Source of the DNA: Octopus vulgaris
Lineage: Eukaryota
DNA: 64,000 nucleotides
Assembly: GCA_951406725.2 (NCBI GenBank)
Contig: OX597833.1
Span: 44,268,001-44,332,000, forward strand
Reading direction: 5' to 3'
A model generated the notes under the pieces. It ran no database searches and was not told the origin of the DNA. It worked only from the letters and a program-made list of their open reading frames with translations. Shown here in pieces: positions 54,012 to 64,000 of this stretch (positions within the stretch are counted from its first letter, which is position 1; every line of letters begins with the position of its first letter). The position numbers and the translations under genes were made by a program.

Positions 54012-54739
54012 TACATTTATGTGTATGTGTTTGTGTGTGTACATATTTATCTATACATATACATATACATGTATATCTATGTGTGTGTGTGTCTCAGTGT
54101 GTGAGTGTGTGAGTGCATATATTTGTTTCCTTTATTTCAGCATGTCATAATTGTCTTTTTAAGCAACTGAAATCAGTAGCAAATTTTGATAGAAATTTAA
54201 ACACTTTCTTTCTTTTAGCCATGATGGAGTGTTCTAAGTATTTTCATCCTGTTGATCCCTGTTTTTACATATAAATTTACTCGTGTGAAACCCCTTTGCC
54301 TTTTCAATTTTATATAATACTAGCAAACGTATCCATCTGTTCACAGTTTAAGTTGCATTTATGCCCATGACACCTGATTGAGACTAGAGGTGAATAATCT
54401 CGCGTGTCCATAACTTTCAGGTGTTCTAACACCCGATGCTTTGAGAGAGTATTCTTCACCGCGCCAGGTTTCAGGCAGCCGGAAAATGTATGAGTTTTCT
54501 TGCATGCGGTAAGATTCCTAGGATGTCAAAAGAAAGTATACTATCCCATGTTCATAAAGCGGGGAGCAGAACAGAAGCTAGAAGTTTCAGGCCTATCTCT
54601 CTGACGTCACATATTAGCAAGTTTATGGAACGCATTGACTGAAGGGGGCTAATCACGTTCTTTAAAGAAAGTAACTTGCTCACACGCAACACACGACAGA
54701 GCTTCCGTCGGGGGAGAAGCTACGTCTCACAGCTACTAC

Positions 54740-56660
54740 ACAGATTAGACCCTCTGTTTCCGCTTTTAAATCACTTTCAGTCATCCACAGCCATCTTTTT
54801 TCTCTGTATGTCTTATCTTTACCGTCTTTAAGAAATTGACCATGCATTCTTTTCTTTACCCACCTATTTTCAGTTTCATTCGTTTTCAATTTCTTGTATA
54901 GTGCTTTATCTTTGCAATCTTTGATCCTACACAAGCCTGACTTTCTTACTTCTAATAATAGCGGCTATGTTGCTTTTTCTGCTCTAATTGTGTGTTCGCA
55001 TCCAATAGATCCCCTTCCCCTTCTTTTTCTTGTTACATACTGTCTGTCTGTGTCACTTTTTGTGTGTAGTGACCCATATCTAGTGAGCAACTTTCTCAAT
55101 TTCTGACCAAGCTGTTTAGTTCGTCTACTGTCCATGCGATTACTCCTGCTCTATATCTAAGGAGTGAAACCACCCAGGTGTTGATATATTAGATCTTATT
55201 CCGTCCGTTTAATTTCGACTTAAGGATCCGTCATTTGTTTCTCCATCAATTTATCCATTGCTAAAATCCATAAGTACGTATAGCCCGTCTCTTCTACCTG
55301 CTTCATAATCACCCCCTCGACGGTATCGTTAGACCGTACATAGATTTGATTTTTCCTCTCTTCAAGACTATCACACCACACTTTCTCAGTCCGAACACTA
55401 TTCTGATATCAGTACTGAAAGCATACACCGTATCAACGATGGAATGACTTGGGCTTCATCATCACCATAAATTTTGAGGTCAGTCATGAATAACAAATGG
55501 CTGACTTTTTGTTGGCGGATTTTGAATACATGCCCAGCTTTTGCTTTCCTCACAATTAGTGTTAGTGGTATCAAGCAAAGTACAAAGATCAGGGGGACAC
55601 TTCCCAAGCTAACCTATCATATCCCTCGACATTTCTTTTTTCCTTATCGCATATCTTGTTGTCAGCTCAGCATGCTATTTTTATGATACAACATCGTTAT
55701 TTTCTCTTTCTCAATTAACATTATGTCTGGATTCCTATTTTCTATGACATGGTCACACTGAATCATAGAAACCCATAGGATCATTGCATTATCATTTTCG
55801 ATGATGCCTTCGGTTTTATGTATTGCTCTTTCAAGTCCATGCTTGTTGCAAAGTGTCCAATGAACAATCCTTGCTATATAGTCATGACGTCTCATATTTT
55901 TTCTGGGCTAGTGGCGTACATATGCCATACAGTTTTACCGTTCTTTACACAGATTCTGCATTGATCATTTTCTGATGTGCTGTCTATTCTGTATTTGATG
56001 TAATTCGTTTTTAGGGCTTGCTCTTGGGCAGCACAGATTAGAGCCTCCGTTTCCGGTTTTAAATCACTTTCATTTATTCATAGCCACCTTTTCTCTCCGT
56101 CTATCTTATCTTCAACATCTCTATGTAATTGTTAATGCATTCTGTTCTTTATCTACCTATTTTCAGTTTCATTCATTCTGAAGTTCTTCTACAGTGCTTT
56201 ACAGTGCCTCCATCCTACACATGCCTCACCTTCTTACTTCCAATGATAAATAGCATGGAAGCAAAAAACATGTACAGTCGGTTTGCAACAGATACGAACT
56301 TCAAGACAGATATTGAAGAACGGTGGTAATCGATACGGAGAAGTGACTGGAAGATAGAGACATTAGTTAATTATATCCCTGCCAGGGTCTGTACATTGCC
56401 TTTTTCTACGTTCATTATACCATATTTCTTGAGCCTGAATTCCATCTCAATGTCAACTCTAAAACAGTAGACCATGTTCACCAAAGAACTCACTTGTGCC
56501 TCATCCTTGCCATGTAGCTCCAAATCATCCATGAAGAGGTAGTGGTTGATTCCTTCAGATTTTCTCTTTTACTGATATACCAGGTTCATTTTCCTCAGCA
56601 CCAAAACCAAAGGTATCATAGAAAGAGTAAAATACAATGGAGATAAGATCTCTCCTCAGA
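54740..56660 (-). mobile_element. Cluster of R4/Dong-like LINE fragments
   Basis: MHGQF..SDLKAETE, HLLFMTDLKIYG, CAAQEQAL, CRIC, RHDYIARIVHW..NPDI (REL endonuclease region), NHYLFMDDLELHG. Confidence 0.75.
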
Positions 56661-56759
56661 ACGTCCGTCCTTGTCGACGATGACCAAGGACATCAGGTAG
56701 GAGAAGAAGACGGGGCACAGTGCGTCCAGCAGTGGTCAATCAGTCCGGTGCGTAGTTGG

Positions 56760-56960
56760 AAATCTTAGCTGCAGGTTCGGCACTTTGAGATGGAAAACTT
56801 TGAGTGTGTCCTTGAAATACTTTTTCTGTTCACCTTGCGTATGCTTACCTTCCAGCAGTTCACTGTTGAACAGTCTCTTGAGGAGAAGCATGTCAAACAT
56901 TCGAAAAAGTGGTCTGTTTACCTGTCTTGCGCTCTCCTCAGAAGTATGTAAATGCTTGGC
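56760..56960 (-). mobile_element. RTE-clade LINE fragment
   Basis: LKRLFNSELLEGKHTQGEQKKYFKDTLK. Confidence 0.6.
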
Positions 56961-57471
56961 AGAGCAGCTCGAGAGAAGACCTCCGTGTCTGGCATGTTGT
57001 CTTGCCAGGTGATTTTGCAAAAGCTTTCTCAGGTAATTCATATACATTCATTCTTGGTTTATTAAAATTATCTCTGCCTCTAAAGGATGTCATGTATGTA
57101 TGTATGTATGTATGTATGTATGTATGTATGTATGTATGTATGTATGTATGTATGTATGTATGTATGCATGTATGCATGTATGTATGTTTGGATCCAAAAC
57201 TTCTGAACACTCCGTCGCGTAACACTGAACTAAAACGATGAATCCGTTAATATGTAAAGGCAAAAATATTCTACGTTCGAAATGGACGTGTTGAACGCTA
57301 CTTGAGCGAAAGGAATATGAATTAGAAAAAAAAAAGAGAAGTCGACTTTAATATTTCTATATTTACTCTTCTATACGTATTGACTACATATTTCTATCTC
57401 ATTTGAATTACTACTCGCAAACAACATAGCACGCACGCATACATACACAAGCACATACTATTCATATATGT

Positions 57472-58912
<1,441 letters not shown>

Positions 58913-59218
58913 CCATACATACATACTTACATACATACATACATACATGCATACATACATACATACGTACATGCATACGTACATACATACATACATACAT
59001 ACCCACATACATAGATACGTACATACGTATTATATATGCATTATGTTTGCATGTACGTACCTATGTATGTATGTATGTATGTATGTATGTATGTAGAGGT
59101 ATGCTAATGCAAAGAGGAAAAAAGGAACTCAAAATATGATTTTGCAAAAGCTTTCTCAGGTAATTCATATACATACATTCTTGGTTTATTAAAATTATCT
59201 CTGCCTCTAAAGGATGTC

Positions 59219-59249
<31 letters not shown>

Positions 59250-60530
59250 TGTATGTATGTATGTATGTATGTATGTATGTATGTATGTATGTATGCATAT
59301 ATGTATTTATGTATGTATGTATGTATGTATGTATGTATGTATGTTTGGATCCAAAACTTCAGAACACTCCGTCGCTTAACACTGATCTAAAACGATGAAT
59401 CCGTTAATATGTAAAGTCAAAAATAGTCTACGTTCAAAATGAACGTGATGAACGCTACTTGAGCAAAAGGAATATGAATAAGAAAAAAAAAAGAAGTCAA
59501 TTTTAATAACTCTATATTTACTCTTCTATACGTATTGACTACATATTTCTATCTCATTTGAATTACTACTCGCAAACAACATAGCACGCGCGCATACATA
59601 CACAAGCACCTACTATTCATATATATATATATATATTCTGTTGTGTCTGAGGAGAGTCATTCTCTTTTAGTGCCTTATTATTTAACAGAATATACTTCAA
59701 CACACGAACTCATATAAAGAATCTTGCAAACCAAATCCAGAAACGAAATATATATATATATATATATATATACATACATATATATCCATACATGCATACA
59801 TACATACTTACATACATACATACGTACATACATACATGCCCGCATACATAGATACGTACATACGTATTATGTATGTATTATGTTTGTATGTATGTATGCA
59901 TGAATGTATGTATGTATGTATGTATGTATGTATGCATGCATGCATGTATGTATGTATGTATGTATGTATGTATGTATGTATGTAGGGGTATACTAATGCA
60001 AGCAGGAAAAATAGAACTCAAAATATGAGTATCTGTGTAGGGGGAGATAGAACAATATAGTAAGCACAGGCACTCAATGAATGTAAGTATGAGATCTAAA
60101 AAAGAACGATGCAATGTTGGAGCTGAAAAGAAAATGTTTTCTTGAATCATAATTTTTGGGCCGAATTGTAAGGAACCATAATCAATATCAATATAACTAA
60201 TAACATCCATGATCTTAACAGGTAGGTATTAGGCAGAAAGGGAAATGATCTTCGACTCCCAGCAACACAAAATTGTACTTAGTAACCCAGAAGATTTTGC
60301 TGCATAATTTCTTGGGGTTACCTAACATCGATGAAGCTGCACCTGGCAAATCCTCAGGCAACATTTGAGAGCTGTGATTGCTGTCATTCGACTATCAGCC
60401 ACGTCTTTTGCTGTTGTCTGACTCATGCGGCATAAATTGAGTTCAAACTACTGCCACTCGTTTCAGATGCTTACTGGACGTATTTCATCTGCTGAACTAC
60501 TCTGCATTGAGTTGGGTGCATGTGCACTGA

Positions 60531-60605
<75 letters not shown>

Positions 60606-61472
60606 TGATTGTGAAAGAGCGAAAGAGCAGATTCTACCGTCATTTTGTCGTGTATATGTAAAGTATCAGTTAATATGATAGCCAGATGATTTTAAGTGGC
60701 GAAGGGTGGGTAGTACAGCCAGGCTATTTGAAAATACTAATAGCAGAAAGTTGTTGCAAATATTTTCCACAAACTCAACGAACGACATATCTTAGGTTTA
60801 CCTATTAGAGGTCTTCATCTCATATGTGAGTTCTCTTCGCCACGGTTTAGTACCTGCGCACTCGGTCACCAAACCAGAAATTTCTAAGTATCATGCATAT
60901 ATGCATATATAGAGATATGTGTGTGTGTGTGTCTGTATGCATGTATATATATGTATAAATATATATATAGATATATATAGATATATTTATGTGTGTGTAT
61001 GTGTGTGTGAAATATAACTTTCTTGAAAGGCACAACAATGCAGAGTTGACTATAGTAAATGCGATAATTTGACTATTCATAGTCTCTTATATTTCGAAAT
61101 ATAAAACGTTCTTCTTCACATATTGCTGAGAATTGATCGAGTCACAGCTATAATCGGTTTTCCAACGGTTACTGATACTTTGTTTTTGGAAGCGTCTCTG
61201 CAGTTGTCTCTCGAAGCTGCTTCCAGTCTCCTTATGAGATTTGTATGTGGGCGGCCATGTTTAGAGTTCGTGGTGTTAGCATATCCGTAGCGCTGCTTCT
61301 AAGTTATGCATTATACGCGCAGTTTTTTTTTATATATATATATAATACATGAGCATACTAAAAGAAATGGATATACATACATCCACATGTAGCTAAATAA
61401 TATATTGATTGCATGGGTTGGGTGTACAAGCAATTTAGGGAATCGGCACAGTGGGCTACATATATACTATGT

Positions 61473-61519
<47 letters not shown>

Positions 61520-62378
61520 TGTGTGTGTGTGTGCAGAAGAAAATGCGAGTGTAAAAGGGCAATTAGGGCGAGATAGAAATATATAGTAAGCACAGGCACC
61601 CAAAGAATGTAAGTATGAGATCTAACACAGAAAGAATGAGTGTTGGAGCTGAAAAGAAAATACTGTCGTGAATCTTAACTTACGGGCTGAATTGTAAGGA
61701 ACCATCGTCAATATTAATATAACTAATAACATCCCTGATCTTAACAGGTAGGTATTAGGCAGAAAGTAAAATGATCTCCGGCTTCCAGCAACACAATAAA
61801 ACGAAAAGACGTGTCTGACTCGAAAATGAAGTCGAAATAGTCAAACAACAAAAACAGAGACAAAAAACTCAATATATGTAAGTGTGAATGAGAGAAGGAG
61901 TGCAATTCGAAGTGTGAGTGAAGCTGAGATTGTTCCATTTTCTGTTTCATTCTCCTTCTGTCTGTCTGTCTGTCTCTCTCTTTCTCTCTCTATCTCTCTC
62001 TCTCTTTCTCTCTCTCCCTTATCCCTCTCTTTCTACTTCGAGAAGTAGACAGGTATATATAAAACAAAAAACAGATGAGAACAATTTAGAACAAGAAACA
62101 CACGCGCGCCTACACACACACGCTCACGCAACACGCGCGCCGGCACACACACACACACACACAAACACACATACACACCACAGAGCAGAGTGTGAATTTC
62201 AGCTTACTGTGTGAATGAGTGAGAAGAAAAGTAAAGTGATTAGGAAAGAGACGGCGACTAAGAACACGTGAGCGGGAAGAGAGGGAAAAACAAAGACGTG
62301 AACGTGAGAAAATCAACAAAGAAGTGATAGGATGAAAGAATATAACAAACACCAAGAGGAAAAGAGAGAGCGAACGAC

Positions 62379-62431
<53 letters not shown>

Positions 62432-62974
62432 CAGACTGATAGTATGATTTAAGCGGCACATTTTCTTTATGTGTTGAGATATCTTAATATTTTTCCTTAT
62501 TGGCTTTCAAAGAGCCTCGGAAGCAGAGGCTAAACGTTCTGCCTTAACAACGTCCTGAATTTTCTTCATGCTCAATTGCTTCATGTAAAACTCGGTCGTT
62601 GGTGATGTCAGGTTTATGAGGTTTATATCTTGTCCATACTCCTTTTTTTTTTTTTTGCAGGGTCACCCAGGAAGTCGAGAATAAAATGTATTCCCTCCAC
62701 CCACCGAGCATTCGAGAAAGCCACTTCACGAGTAGCTTTTTGGTAGAGCCAAATAAGTCAGAAACGAAAGCTGTACTTCTCTGACTCCTTTCTCTTCGAA
62801 TTCCATGACATTCTTCCTAAGAATGTCTTAATAGGTTGCTGTTCCTCATCACTGGATCCTTTGTACTGCATTCCCAGTTCCTGCAACTGTTGTATTTGGT
62901 AACCCAGAAGATTTTGTTGCATAATTTCGTGGAGTTACCTAACATCGATGAAGCTTCACCTGGAAAATCAATAT

Positions 62975-64000
62975 GCAACGTTTACAACGATGTTTTGCAA
63001 CACCCTAGTAGGATACCTTCTTGGCTAGTTAATGGTTTGGCATTCCTGCTTCCAAAAAGTGAAGAAACAAATGAACCAAAAAACTATAGACCCATAACCT
63101 GCTTAACAACTATGTATAAAAGGCTAACATCTGCCCTGACTGAATACACCAATAGTGTTTTAATAGAAAGCAGCATATTCCCTAATTATAGTTGTAAAGA
63201 TCAGCTACTCATCAATAAAATGATCTTAGAAGATTGTCACAAACGACGCAAAAACTTGTCAATAGCCAAGATAGACTATAAAAAAGCTTTTGATAGCCTA
63301 CAACATAGCTGGATTAAGAAATGCCTGGAAATGTATAAAATAGCGCCTACACTGCGAAACTTTTTGTCTGTAAGTATGAGATCATGGAGAACCACACTAA
63401 CTTTGAACAGTGACAATGAATCTCTAAATGCTGGTGATGTAAAAACTTAATGTGGCATTTCCCAGGGTGATTCACTATCACCACTCCTCTTTTGTTTAGC
63501 CTTAATACCTTTCTCAAAATTGCTCAATGATGCACAGTACAGTACGGTTATAAAAGTTTTGATAAAAATATAAACCATCTCATTTACATGGATGATTTAA
63601 AGCTCTTTGCAAAAAATGACCAACAACTCAAGGGCTTATTAGCAATTGTTAAACACCCAGTGATGACATCAGAATGCAATTTGGCCTCGATTAATGTACA
63701 AAAGCTACCTTTATCAAAGGAAAATGACAGAAACATCTAACGTTAACCGTGACCAGCAGAATGTCATCAAAGAGTTAGACCAAGCAGAGAGCTACAAGTA
63801 CCTAGGAGTAATTGAAGGGGACGGAATAAGGCATTCAGTGATGAAAGAAAGGATCAGGAGAGATTGTTATCGCAGAGTAAGAGCAATACTCAAGACAGAG
63901 CTGAATGCGAGAAACAGGATCGAAGCGATCAATGTTTTAGCCATACCAGTCGTGACTTACAGTTTCAATATCGTTAACTGATCAATTACTGAAATATATC
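62975..64000 (+). mobile_element. R4/Dong-like LINE RT region, runs off the window end
   Basis: NYRPITCL, KDQLLINKMI, DYKKAFDS, QGDSLSPLLF, HLIYMDDLKLF, YKYLG, NARNRIEAIN, with frameshifts. Confidence 0.85.

Overview
AT-rich, microsatellite-dense eukaryotic DNA. The SINE repertoire resembles that of octopod cephalopods, which is an inference. Most ORFs in the supplied track are microsatellite artefacts. The window is built from three diverged tandem copies (A ~0.9-10.2 kb, B ~14.6-30.4 kb, C ~37.5-63 kb) of a minus-strand, intron-containing gene that the ORF track does not assemble. Its recognisable structure is a 318-nt phase-1 Ig exon, a 303-nt phase-1 Ig exon and a 77-80-nt terminal exon encoding a GPI-anchor-like signal, followed by a conserved AATAAA. 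Hand alignment of copies B and C gives 40 nonsynonymous vs 4 synonymous differences in the two Ig exons, but 0 vs 3 in the anchor exon. This suggests a diversifying family of cell-surface recognition proteins. Copy A has intact Ig2 and anchor exons but no visible Ig1 exon. No signal-peptide exon was identified for any copy. Mobile DNA includes a Penelope-like element (RT + GIY-YIG, Asn-rich inserts) with a minimal type I hammerhead ribozyme at its 3' end, two near-full-length mariner copies, Helitron fragments (one palindromic with two 3' ends), R4/Dong-, CR1-, Tx1- and RTE-like LINE relics, several tRNA-derived SINEs, a 5'-truncated tRNA-Gly and a ~640-bp foldback.
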